A stretch of 38,774 nt of DNA from positions 1-38,774 of the forward strand of contig DF237696.1 of the NCBI GenBank assembly GCA_000708835.1, in the 5' to 3' direction. Position numbers and translations under genes: made by a program. This document shows positions 1 through 11,468 of this stretch, one piece after another (the first letter of the stretch is position 1; the number at the start of each line of letters is the position of its first letter). Source of the DNA: Klebsormidium nitens (taxonomy: Eukaryota; Plantae; Klebsormidiophyceae). A model generated the notes under the pieces. It did not search any database. It was not told where the DNA came from and saw nothing but the letters and a program-made list of their open reading frames with translations.

Positions 1-432
1 CATATCAATGACTCAGCATACTTATCTTGCACTTTACGAACTATTCGGTGGCGTAATTAATCAGCTAGCATTAACTACGTCACATCAATACTGTGCTCAT
101 ACGTCGCAACCTGACGTAGTCGCTTAACTCAGGGGTTATTCTCGCAACGACGTGCGGTTAGACTTAACCAAAGCCCGTTCGTTACACTTCTCGAGCCGGG
201 TACAAAGTAGTAGATATGATATTCTGTCTTTTGGAAGAAGAATATTGATGTCGAAGACCGATACTTAAGGCCCAAGGTTGCGACTGTAGGCCGTGACGTT
301 TTGCAATCTGACAAAGCATCATCCTTCAGAAATAAAGCATAATCCTTCAGGAGTTGGGTTCCCGCTCTTTCTGGTTGCCGTTGCACGGGCTTTATCATAG
401 GTTTGCTCACTCGGTTCTGAGGTTTATCGCAG

Positions 433-3400
433 GTACAACTTGCTTCCTCTCTTCTACGAAAATGATGACGTCAGCAGGAACGTCACGTACAATACGCAGC
501 TCAAGCACTTCAAGCAGGCGTACCGCGAGCAGGAGATTGTATCCAGCAAGCTTACTCATGCGCCGCGCGGCGCATCAGTGCGGCATGCTGAGAATAACGG
601 GTGAGCATTCACACTATTCGGGACCCTTCGAGAAAAATGTTTCCTCGTCAGATTGTCAATTCCAAGCTCAAGCTGCCACAACCCGTTATCCGAACGCACT
701 TGCGTGTTGCTCTGGATGCACGGGCAGAGAAGTGTCGAGAGTGCAAGGTCGTCAGTCCAAATGAGTTCTTGAGGGCGTGCTTCTCGTCAGCCAAAGCCAA
801 CCCTTCGAGCATGACTGACACCACAAGTCTGCAATGATGTGTGGGGTCCCGCCGAGATGATCTCGGGAAGGCATTAATTACAGGGCTCTCAACCAAAGAT
901 TACTAATCATCTCCGTATCTTTTGTGCAGCGGCAAAGAAGTTGAGAGTGCTCGGCTCGGCCGTTGGATCTACGACCACTTTCGGACTTCGTACCTGCATC
1001 AGCTTCCAGTTGGGATCATGCTAGTTCAGGCGGGGTTCAAGGACGATCGCAAGGGGTACTTCCTGCCACGTGGTCGGGTGCTCCCCTCCGAGGACGAGTA
1101 CCCAGGGCTTGCGAACCAGATCTTTCCATGGCCGACGAGGAACTGCGGAAGGTGAAGCAGGTATACTTCTTACACTGCTTGAACACCTGTCCAGCATCTT
1201 GACTTCGGAGACGACTGTTTCTACTCTGCAAGCACGCCGCTTGCTCTGCTTGTTACCGTTGCCGCTTTCATCAGGATCTCTTGTAGCAGCCGCAGTGTTG
1301 GGAAAAAAAGGCTTTTCCTTTGTGCAGAGGAATCTGACGGGACCAGCCGGCCAGTGCGACATCGCTGCGCAGAAGTTGCTGGAGCTGCTCATTGCGCTGC
1401 GGGCGGTGCTGCTGCAAGACGTGGCACTCCTTCAACGGATGGGCAAGTACGAGAACCATCCCATCAGTTACCACCACTTCTTCGACGGAGAGGAATGGGA
1501 AAAGTTTTGCGGCGCTGTGGCAGAGGTGTGCAACAAGCCTGCTCCTCCTCCGGAGCTCGCGAACATTCCCCCTGAGGTAAGGAAGGACACGGCCCGAGAT
1601 CCTCACTATTGAGGACGTCACGTGCTAGAGGACTCCGTTGATGATGTCGAACAGGGCACGAGCCTGTATTAGTAGGGTTGATTGTATATGAACTCAAGCG
1701 ACTACGTTTGTGCAGCCCGCCGCTGTCTGTCGGGAAGGAAGCCACTTCGAACTGAAAAACATTTGCTGCGACAATTCGAGGGACAGCAGGATCCACAATT
1801 AGTTCATGCGGACAGGCTCAGATGAACGGCAGAACATTCTGTCAAGCTTTTGTCCTGATGAACACAAACACTGGTCCATGGATCCGTAGGTTTGACTTTC
1901 AAGGTCACCACGCCCTTAGCTTGTGATGAGGGCAGATGCTTCTCAGAAAAGTAGTTCACAAGATAACAAGCGAAACAGCTCAAGCTGTATTGGGCAGGTC
2001 ACTTCTCGCATAATTTGAAGACACTGAAATGCTTTTCCGTCGGGAGGGGTGTCTAATAAATAGCAAGAGCCAGCTTTCCTTCCGCCTTTGAAACCGGCTC
2101 GTGGGTGCAGTTGGTTGCCGTTTTGCAAGACCAACAGGTCCAGCTCGCGCGTATCGAGCGAGAGAGCCAAGCCTCGAGGGAGCGCGAGCAAGCCCTGCAG
2201 AGCCAGATGTCCGCCGTGCTGCACGTGCTCGAGCGGCTTGTGTCAGCGTTTCCTGGGGTTGACAGCCAGGCACCGACACGTGCCCGGTCGGCCAAGGCCG
2301 CTGCCCAATCGCCAGCAGCCCCGGAGCCACGGCGGACCGCCATAGGGTTTTTTGCCCGCCCTCCGTCGGCGCCTGTCGCGGCCGCTGCGGAAGCTGCTCT
2401 TCGAGCTGTTGCTGAGGCCGCACGAGCGGCAGCAACACAAGCCGACATTGAACAGGCCACTGCTTCGGATCCGAATGAGAGCGGTCAGGCGAGCGACGAG
2501 GGGCGCGAAGCGGCGGGTGAGAGGCCGGGCTCTGCAAACACCGAAAACATTAATCTTCTTGGTCCGGATCAGGCACTGTCTAGGGCCTAGATTGCGTCAA
2601 ACGGTGTCAATTGCTGTTAATCTCGAGAGTCGCTCTGGAGCACCTCTTATAAGGTGTCAAAGTGCGGACTGCCTTATTGCAAGCGAATTCAGGTTCCAAA
2701 GATGTCTCAATGAATCACAGCTCGTTCTCAACCCCTTTCATATTTGATCTGAAACTGAGTCGCTTGTGACCTTTACTGCGAAGCAAGGGGTTCCTTCGCA
2801 TTCAGGTACAAGAACGGGCCGACAGTCAAGCGCCTTAGCGCTTCTGACGGAGCTAAGTTAGATTTCACCATGATTGTCTCCAGGTGTCGACTCGGTTGTC
2901 CGTCCTTCCTCCGCTCCTGTTGCGGCCGCGGCTGAGGCGGTCCTCAGAGCCGCTGCCGAAGCAGCTAAGGCTGCTGCCGCGCAAGCGGCAGCTGACGCGG
3001 CCGCCACCCAAGATCCGGACGCGCTAAGCGGCCAGGACGAGAACGAGGCACGTGCCCCTCGGACAACCGCCCAGGAGACCGTTCAGCCTGAGACAGGTAA
3101 TTGGGAATCTGAAGCACGCAGTAGTGATATTGATCGCCGTGGGTTTGCAACGAGACTTACAAGTTGGTGTCACTTGTAAAAACTTCAAAGTTTGCAGATG
3201 TTGCTGAGCGTTGCATTTGTTGATTGAGACTCATCTTTCGCTCAATCACTGTCGTTAAGTGATCGAGAAGCCTTTGCATCTTCATCGGAGTTTCCAGTTC
3301 GCATACGACAGAGGTTCCGCCCAACATAGTCCACCAGGATAAGTCGGCATCTTAACAGGTCTACAGTAGGAACACATATTCTTCAAACATTGAGGTTCGA

Positions 3401-4403
3401 AGGTCCTGAAATCTCATCGACTTTCCTTGAGGTATTAAGGAACATTCTTCCAGTTATCAGTAAGCCTTATATTCTTGTCAATCAATGAATGGGTCCTTCA
3501 AACGTCTTTATACTAGAGTCCGTATGCTTTAAGTGAATTTGACGTTGTTCTCTGCACTGATCAGGTTTGCGTGAAGGGCTCGAGTCTGGGGCTTTCGAGC
3601 CGGCAAACGGCAGTCAGAACGTGACGAGCTTTCTGGAAGGTGAAATGGAAACGGAAGAAGCGACCGGGGAGGGCTGCCGGCAGCCTCAGTCGGAGGAGGA
3701 AGGGGCGAAAGAAAGTGAAAACCGTTCGGAGGGCGATAAAACAGGAGAAGTGGAGAGTGAGGCAGGCGGGGAGAGTGGGACAACTTCGCAACCTTGTTCG
3801 GAAGGAAACAACGGAAAAGACGACGGGGAGGAAGCGGGTACTTTTAGAAGCTGTCCGACAGCAAGTCAAGGCGATGTCGCCGTCGGGGTTGTCGGGGTTA
3901 GCCCAAGTGGCTCGAGGAGTGGCGGTTTAGGGGCAGCCGATGAGGGGATAATGGAAGATGCTTCGGTGGTCCCCGAGTGGGCTTTGAGTTATATGATTGG
4001 GAGACACTACACCTCGGTTGCAGAAATTTGGCAAGAATGGGCATACGGACAAAAAGGGTACCCCTTGTCTTTGAGACGTATGGAGGAGCTGTGGGGTACT
4101 CGCTGGAGAAGAGGGCGGGAAAACGAAAGCAAACGTCTCTCAAAATTCCGGAAGATTACAAGTCTGGTCGAAATTGTGTTGAGGCAGGGCAATGTAGGCG
4201 AGGCGGCAGCAGTACAGGCCGTTGAGAATAGCATGATTGCATGTGGCATAGATCCGGCGCAGCCATGGGAATATTGTGAGTTGCTTCGAGAGTCAAAAGC
4301 TGGCAATTCTGATGAACAAGACGAACCGGCCAGGCAAAAAGGAAAGCGGAAAAGAACAGGTCAGTCGGAGTCAAATAGGAAACGCAAGAAGTCCATCGCC
4401 TAA
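433..4403 (+). pseudogene. Crypton-type (CryptonF-like) tyrosine recombinase gene, NDC10_II-like YR plus C-terminal GCR1_C; spliced, one frameshift, 5' end degraded or outside the window
   Basis: Hand-built exons 433-600, 930-1160, 1328-1576, 2111-2516, 2884-3096, 3565-4403 are joined by GT-AG introns with matching phases (2,0,0,1,1). The spliced protein reads TYNTQLKHFKQAYREQEIVSSKLTHAPRGASVRHAENNG/GKEVESARLGRWIYDHFRTSYLHQLPVGIMLVQAGF..YFLPR..LANQIFPW..DIAAQKLLELLIALRAVLLQD. This matches the Crypton/Ndc10-II pattern, with catalytic-type HxxR, W and Y residues. A 1-nt loss near 1128-1130 (FPW-PTRN instead of FPW-ADEELRKVKQ) shifts the frame. A possible decayed GKTNQ-like motif lies at 156-172 (weak). 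Confidence 0.85.
3987..4230 (+). other. GCR1_C (Gcr1/Hot1-type DNA-binding) domain in the last exon of the Crypton gene
   Basis: YMIGRHYTSVAEIWQEWAYGQKGYPLSLRRMEELWGTRWRRGRENESKRLSKFRKITSLVE matches the GCR1_C pattern Y.M.R...TV.DLW.EW..G....PS..ELE..YG..WR. It is followed by a basic NLS-like tail (KGKRKR, RKRKK). Confidence 0.85.
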
Positions 4404-7400
4404 TTGACGAGTTCACATAGCTAGGTTTGCAGTAACTTCAAGTACGAGTTGGGGAACGAGAAGTAGACTGCAATTGCTGGCTGTTCAAGTTGTGAGTACT
4501 GGCATATTGCAAGCAGATTAGCGCAGTACTTTGCCGCAGGATCGACACAAGCATGAACGCATATGCTGTATGGCTATTTTGAACCACTCCGGATTGATGC
4601 ATGTGTTGTCACTATATACGCGCGTCACGTACATGCTTGACGTTGGCAAAACTGTTCGATATGTTCTCAGTGCAGGTAGGTATGCATGCAATCATTGCGC
4701 ATGTTAAACGTGAACTTCGAAAACAATCATCTGAACGGGCGCTCATGCCAGCAAACGCAGCAACGTCACACTACGCCTACGTACTGATCGGAGGTACTAT
4801 TTATCCGTGTCACATTAGAATCTGATTGGCTAGACGTACGGGAGTTGCGATCCGCGTGATTTGCATTGGCATGACTGAGAGACTCAGCAGTGCATGCTAA
4901 ATATGTAAGCCCTAAGTCACAAGGCCGCCGCGCCGGCTGCATATGACGCGCATATATCCATTGCAATCATACGAACTTTTAGTGATCGCACAATTGAATG
5001 CGTCCGTCTGTTGCAACAATTGAGCTAGTCGAGATCGTCCTTTGAGCTGACAAAATTCTGTAGGCTACTAAAGATTCACAGTGGTAGACAAGCTTACTAC
5101 TGTGCGCGGCGGCGTGATACGATGGTGGCCGCGCGATTGCCAGTTGGCGTGAATACCAGAACACGGTTCATGCACCTTAGACCTGACCAAAGGCGTGCTC
5201 AGAACCTTGTATTCCGAAGATCTTGGCTAATAGTTCTGCCCGAAAGTTCTCTCCCAAGATTTACCACCATCGTCGCAGGGACAACAGCCTTCGGATCTCA
5301 TGCTTGCGCGGTTCAGTGGGCCCCCTCCGGTGTTGGCCGGGTTCTATATGCCCCCCCTCAGGCTGGCCGAGACACCTGCAGGCTGTCCATGGAAATGTGT
5401 TGGGATGAGACAGTGGGAGAAGCGAAGTAACTTCAAAGTCCCTACTTGAACCGCCATTGATATGGCATTCTGTGTTCTTTTCGGGCCCGACCATCCTCCA
5501 CTACTACTCCACAAGTTTTTTCGACCTGACCCCGGTTGCAAGACAGAACTTCAACTTTCTAGAGTGGAATGGAACGACCTGCACGACTTCCGAGAACTTC
5601 AAGGAGCAGATTGTAGGGCGGTCAGGTCCCATCAACAGTGAACCGATGTCCGTTTCGATGCGTGCTTTCTATCTACGAGTCAATTGTATAAGTTTCTTCG
5701 AAAGTTTCACAGTCCGTTTCTTCATTCTGAATAAAGACAAGCACAGACATCAGGATGTCAAGATTCCAACTAGGATAAGATTACCGCCTTTCCGCGAGGA
5801 CGGCGACGTCAGACTGTTCACAAGAGACTAGATTCAACGTATGAAAACGTAAGCTGACAGCCTGGCTGTACGTCAAAGGAACTAAGCTGGCAGGATCCTT
5901 GCAACAACAGCCCAAGCCTACGCTTCCAAGCGAATAAGTCTTCCCTCACCGTATGGCGATGAGATGAACTCCGCTGCTGGGTTCTTCAAGGCTCAGTACT
6001 CGTGCCCCGTGTCACAAATTGTCTTCGAAGCGGCGGGCTTGGACGAACTCCGAGAGAGGAACTCCCAAGAAATTGCATCCTGCAGGTTATGATATAAATG
6101 TTAACAAAGGTTAGACTGATCTGCACAATAAAGCAGATTGAACCTGCTCTTGCTCGAAAGACTTAATATGCAGTCGGCTCAAAAGATGAGCTCAAGAGAT
6201 GATTGAGTGGCAGTTGATGAAAGGCCAGATCATTGCGGTTATTATTTGGAGGACTGCTCAAGCTCACACGGTACTCTGTATCCGCTCCATTTGAATAACG
6301 AGCTTCGAAAAGGAACAACCATATCCCCTCCATAACCTTGGATGATTCTCGAAGTTGGACAAGCTGAATCTAGCCCTGAAAGCTCTACTAGTACACAACG
6401 TCTTCTGAAAGACCATAAAAAGACTGACAATCGACTCAACGTCGGTTGGACATCTGTAGTTCTGCCGAAACTGTTGCTGCAAACTTCACAACGACCTCTA
6501 CTCTTGCAAGGAAGGCATCTCTTTTCCTGATTTGAAACAAGAGATGCATATACTGCTGACTTAGCCTGAGGCCTATAACCAATCTGCATTTGCAGAAGGA
6601 CGCAGAAAGGGCAACCATAGAGCTTGTTGATAAGCTTGTTTTCGAGACTTGGCTTCCTTGCATTCTTTTCTGACCAGACCCAGCAAAAAGTTCTGATAGA
6701 GGACAGCATTGGTCCATGAGTTTGCACCAATGCTGTGCTCCATCCTTGGTAGACCACATGCTATGACTAAGCAAGGCCCAGCTGTACAAAGATTGTTCAA
6801 ATCAAAGCTGCGTGCCGACGCTGCATAACTTACCACAAGCTCGTGCTGAACTCTTCCGAGAGCATCTTGACATGACATCTTAGCTGGATACTGCCTCGAT
6901 TTCAGGCCCTGAGCAACTCATATCAAAGAGCCAAAGAGCTCAGCTTCCTAAACTTCCTTGCTTCTGATGAATTCAAAAGACTGCCTTGAGCGTATCCATG
7001 CCTTCTAAGCAGAAAGCTCCTTACCTGAGCAATGCTGGCATCAGCAGTGCAGCTGTGTCCAGTGCTGTAGCGGGGCTGTAGCCAGCTGGGGCTGTAGCCA
7101 GCTGTGCAGCTGTGTCCAGTGCTCAAGGCAGCTCAAGGGTCTGCCAAAAAGGCGCCATGGAAGATCAGTGAAGCTATGCAATGGCAAACTTGTGCTAAAC
7201 TTGTAAGGCTCAGCTAGGGGGCAGTACGGTAATAGGTCAGATAGGTTACAGGCTGCAGCCCACCAAGGCTGGACTCGGGATGCAGTGGAACCCTAAAACC
7301 ACGATGCGGTAAAGGATGGCATGTATAGCTTATTAGCCTCGGTTGGGTTAAGTCGAAAACCATTCTCAAGCTTCTGCTTTAAAAGTCCCAAATAACCGAC

Positions 7401-7755
7401 CTCGGGGCATCCGACCTGGATGGAAATTCCTCAATATCTCAGGAGCTGGACCGACAAGGAACTTCGCGTCGAAAAAACAGGGCCAGGCTCAAGGTCCTCT
7501 CGCGCAACTGAAAAGCGACGGTAAATTGAGGTGACCGGTCCGACCGTGCGACGGAGCCTGGCATTCGCCGCGAAACCGTGCGATACCGGCGGTCCGCCGG
7601 CTGAAATGTTATAAACTACAAGTACAGTCGTGGCAAGTGTCAAGGACCTTGGCACGCAAGGTTGGTATCGGTGGTACGTACAGACGATCCGCAAAGTACA
7701 GCATACCATCATAGTACACACAAACACAATGTTTGATTCCAAATATTACTTGCTG

Positions 7756-8268
7756 NNNNNNNNNNNNNNNNNNNNNNNNNNNNNNNNNNNNNNNNNNNNN
7801 NNNNNNNNNNNNNNNNNNNNNNNNNNNNNNNNNNNNNNNNNNNNNNNNNNNNNNNNNNNNNNNNNNNNNNNNNNNNNNNNNNNNNNNNNNNNNNNNNNNN
7901 NNNNNNNNNNNNNNNNNNNNNNNNNNNNNNNNNNNNNNNNNNNNNNNNNNNNNNNNNNNNNNNNNNNNNNNNNNNNNNNNNNNNNNNNNNNNNNNNNNNN
8001 NNNNNNNNNNNNNNNNNNNNNNNNNNNNNNNNNNNNNNNNNNNNNNNNNNNNNNNNNNNNNNNNNNNNNNNNNNNNNNNNNNNNNNNNNNNNNNNNNNNN
8101 NNNNNNNNNNNNNNNNNNNNNNNNNNNNNNNNNNNNNNNNNNNNNNNNNNNNNNNNNNNNNNNNNNNNNNNNNNNNNNNNNNNNNNNNNNNNNNNNNNNN
8201 NNNNNNNNNNNNNNNNNNNNNNNNNNNNNNNNNNNNNNNNNNNNNNNNNNNNNNNNNNNNNNNNNNNN
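7756..8268. other. Assembly gap (N run)
   Basis: Run of n characters; ORF-track entries crossing it are artefacts. Confidence 1.
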
Positions 8269-8434
8269 GTGACGTCTTTTATAATTTTCCGGACCCTATG
8301 GTTAGTGACGTCAGAGACCTCTTTTACAATCCCTGTTCCGACTTGGTCCGTCTTGGTGTCAAGGAACCCTCTTGGTGGTCTTTATGTTCCCGTGAAGAGC
8401 CGGGACAGCATAGTGAAGCAAAATGGTCAATCTA

Positions 8435-9253
8435 CGCTATTTTATTAGTGTCTCCGGTCGACTTGTCAGGGTAAATTGTTTCGCATGGCGTCAATCTGTG
8501 CACCCATTGGCTCGTGGTCTGACGTGTGTCAGAGCGAACTGTTTGCTCGGATCCGCTAACTGCGGTCCCTTTGAATGGGCCCTACCACGGTACCGGGCTA
8601 CTTTTTGGTCTACGGAGCATACGCCGGGGCCCGGTACCCGGGACGACTTCTGAGGTACGCGTACGGGTTCGAGAAACCCAGGTAGGTATATCACAGCGGT
8701 GTCATTGAACGGGTCAAGTTCCGTAAAATTTGTCATAAGTAGTTTCAGTCATATTTACAATCACAAATCTGGTCAGGTAATAAGGATTAAACAGACCTGA
8801 TCGACCAGGATTTCCGGTCACTTGTCACAATTTACAGTCATACAATCACAGTCACAGTCAGAATCACATTCACAATTCACACTATTGTAAGTTCGAAATA
8901 TAACAATTCGCTTTAATAACATACCGGTTGGTTCACATCAAGTCAAACCGTCGCGGTCACTGTCACAGTCACGGTTAATACAGTCGTGTTACGGTCACAG
9001 TCACAGTCACAGTATTAAGATTGACACAGTCACAATCACAATCACAGTCACGTAGGCATCGGGTCACGGTCAGCTGTAAACCTTGCAGGGTTGATTCCAC
9101 CCATACAACTACCCGGCCGTCAATAGTAGTGCCCGGGGGACCGTTGTGCAAGGTGTGGTACCGACCGGCCAGTTAGTGGATGTGGTCATTTATGTTCGCG
9201 GCACGGGAGGGTATTAACACAAGAAGCATGCCAAAGACACTAATAAAATAGCG
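8435..9253. mobile_element. Non-autonomous TIR element (MITE-like), TA-flanked, Tc1/mariner-type junctions
   Basis: Perfect 21-bp inverted repeat TACGCTATTTTATTAGTGTCT (8433-8453) / AGACACTAATAAAATAGCGTA (9235-9255). The outer TA can be read as a target-site duplication, leaving a 19-bp TIR. No transposase ORF inside. Confidence 0.6.
8824..9051. repeat. Degenerate hexamer repeat (CACAGT/CACAAT)n inside the TIR element
   Basis: Repeated cacagt/cacaat units, e.g. atcacagtcacagtca, ggtcacagtcacagtcacagt, gacacagtcacaatcacaatcacagtcac. Confidence 0.8.
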
Positions 9254-9269
9254 TACTTCGTCCTACTTG

Positions 9270-11330
9270 CATCAGTGAACGAGAAATGAGCATAAACAGT
9301 GTCAACAAGAATGAGCCTCCTGAACACCATCTGAGCGTAAGAATCAGATCGCGTGGCATGGCGAATCTCAGACAAGAAGTCGGGATCAGGCTGCACACTT
9401 GACACTGCAGCGAGTACGGGTTGGTCACCAGTAGGTACCGGTTTGTGGTGTGGTCTGCGCGAAAGGGCGTCTGGTAGTGTGTTGAGCCGGCCCTCCCGGT
9501 AGGTGAGCTTTAGGTCGAACTGGTTCAATTGCTCCTCCGACCGGTGATGGCGCGACTGAGTCATGAACTCGAGACTGAGAGGAAAGAGAAGTGGTCGGTG
9601 GTCACTACGGACAGTGACCGGTCGGCCCAACAGGTAGTGTCGCCACTTAGTGCGTGGCATGCACGAGTGCAAGCTGCTCCCAGTCGCGAGCAGAGTATTT
9701 CCGCTCAGCGCGGTTGAGTCGCTTGGACTCGAACGCGACCGGTAGAAGATCGCGATCTGTAGCGGTTCCCTGGAGCAGCACTGCACCAACTGCAAAGTCT
9801 GAGGCGTCAAGATCAAGTGTATAGGGGAGGTTAGGGTCGTACGGGCGGAGGATGGGTGCGTGGGTTAGGGCAATGTTGAGGGATTGGAACGCATGTTCCT
9901 GTGCGTCCGTCCACTCGAATTTTGCCGTTTTGGTTAGCAAGTCGTTGAGGGGTGCGGCAATCTGCAAAAACCTGCTGCGGACAAATCGGCGATAAAATCC
10001 TGCAAGGCCGAGGAACGAGCGGATATCGCCAGGGTCGTTTGGCCGTGGCCACTGGCTTATGGCGTCCACCTTGCATGCCTCCATGGACACCCCATGCTCG
10101 TTGATGACGTGACTGAGGAAGGTCACCTCGGTACGCCACAATTCACACTTGGACTCCTTGGCGTACAACTTGTGGTTGCGCAGGCGTGTGAATACCTCCC
10201 GAAGGAGGCGCTCGTGCTCATCTGCAGTCTTGCAGTAAATGAGAATGTTATCCAAGAAAATGACCACACCCCGGTCGAGCAGATCACGGAAGATGCCGTG
10301 CATGAGATCCGTGAACGCGGCTGGGGCATTCGTCCGACCAAATAGCAAGACCAACCACTCAAAGTGATTGTACCGCGTGCAAAACGCAGTTTTAGCGACG
10401 TCAGCAGGATCGATGGGAAGCTGCCAATAACCGGAGCGCAAATCAATCTTATAAAAGATTCGCGCCCCGTGCAGCTGATCGATAAGATCGTCTGCCCGGG
10501 GTAAGGGGTGAGCATTCTTCACCGTCTGCTTGTTCAGACCCCGGTAGTCAATGCAAAACCGGAGGCCCCCGTCCTTTTTCGGGGCGAAGAGAACATGTGC
10601 CCCCCACGGTGAATTGCTGGGCCGGATGAAGCCCTCAGCAATCTTGAAGGTCGTCCAGAGTACGGCGGAGTTCTTTGAGCTCAGAGGGGGACAGGCGGTA
10701 GATGTGGCGGTTGACCGGGGTAGCCCCCGGTTCGGTCTCGATGTGGAAGGGCATCCCCCGGTCAGGTGGTAGGTGGGCGGGTAAATCAGGACTGAGGAAA
10801 AACATCGGGGATGTCAGCGCCTTCAACCGAGTACATCTGTCAGATTCAGGTGCCAGATTGGGTACAATATCAGGCGAAATGCTGGGTGTAACTTGAAAGA
10901 CCGGTTGCTTCTTCTTGAGCAGCTTGTTAACCTGCACAGAGCTCATCCGATCAACCGGTCATCATACTGCGCACGCAAGGCCCGCTTGGAGGGCCTTCCG
11001 GCCTCTAGCGTTACAAATCGAGCGTCGTGGATGAAAGAGATGGTACGTTTCTTCCAGTCCACGCGCTTATAATTACCCAACCCCAACCAAGGTAACCCAA
11101 GAATGATATCGTAGGTTATGTCTGTTACAGTGAATGGTAGGTCCTCAGTGTAAGTGGAACCGATGGAGAAGGGCATCGGGTTCACTCTACGAGAGACCGA
11201 TTGCTGTGGATCGTGGGCCAGACCACCTGACACACTCACACCCTCAACAACAGAAGTTTCTATTCCTAACCGAGCAGTAAACGATGCAGACATGCAGATG
11301 TCGGTCGACCCACAATCGAGAAGTATACCC
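9270..11330 (-). pseudogene. pol: Gypsy pol remnant: aspartic protease, reverse transcriptase, RNase H
   Basis: PR motifs LLDCGST and YDIILGLPWL. RT motifs FAPKKDGGLRFCIDYRGLN, KIDLRSGYWQ, FGRTNAPAAF and FLDN (catalytic YxDD broken). RH motifs LDASDFAVGAVL, VAFESKRL, SDHRPL and DALSRRP. Stops at 10943-10945 and 10635-10637, and a frameshift near 9650. Confidence 0.95.
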
Positions 11331-11468
11331 TACATGCACGACCCGAAACCTGACCACGCAGAAATATCAAGCGAGAAGATAGCGGGGCATTTTGCCCCGG
11401 TTTGGCTGTTTGGTCCCTGGGATGTGGAGACTTAACTCTGTGGCCACCAGTAGACGTCCCGAGATCAT

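Noticed and set aside
6242-6900. ORFs and LRR/F-box-like fragments (KLDKLNLALKALLVHNVF*KTIKRLTID)
   Set aside because: Many stops, no consistent frame or splice model, and no motif I can assign with confidence.
7040-7135. Short repeats TGCAGCTGTGTCCAGTGCT x2 and GGGGCTGTAGCCAGCT x2
   Set aside because: Local low-complexity slippage with no associated element ends.
7630-8448. ORF-track entries of 150-410 aa spanning N runs (also 27473-28144 and 31359-32693)
   Set aside because: Their length is an artefact of untranslatable gaps; only the flanking parts were interpreted.
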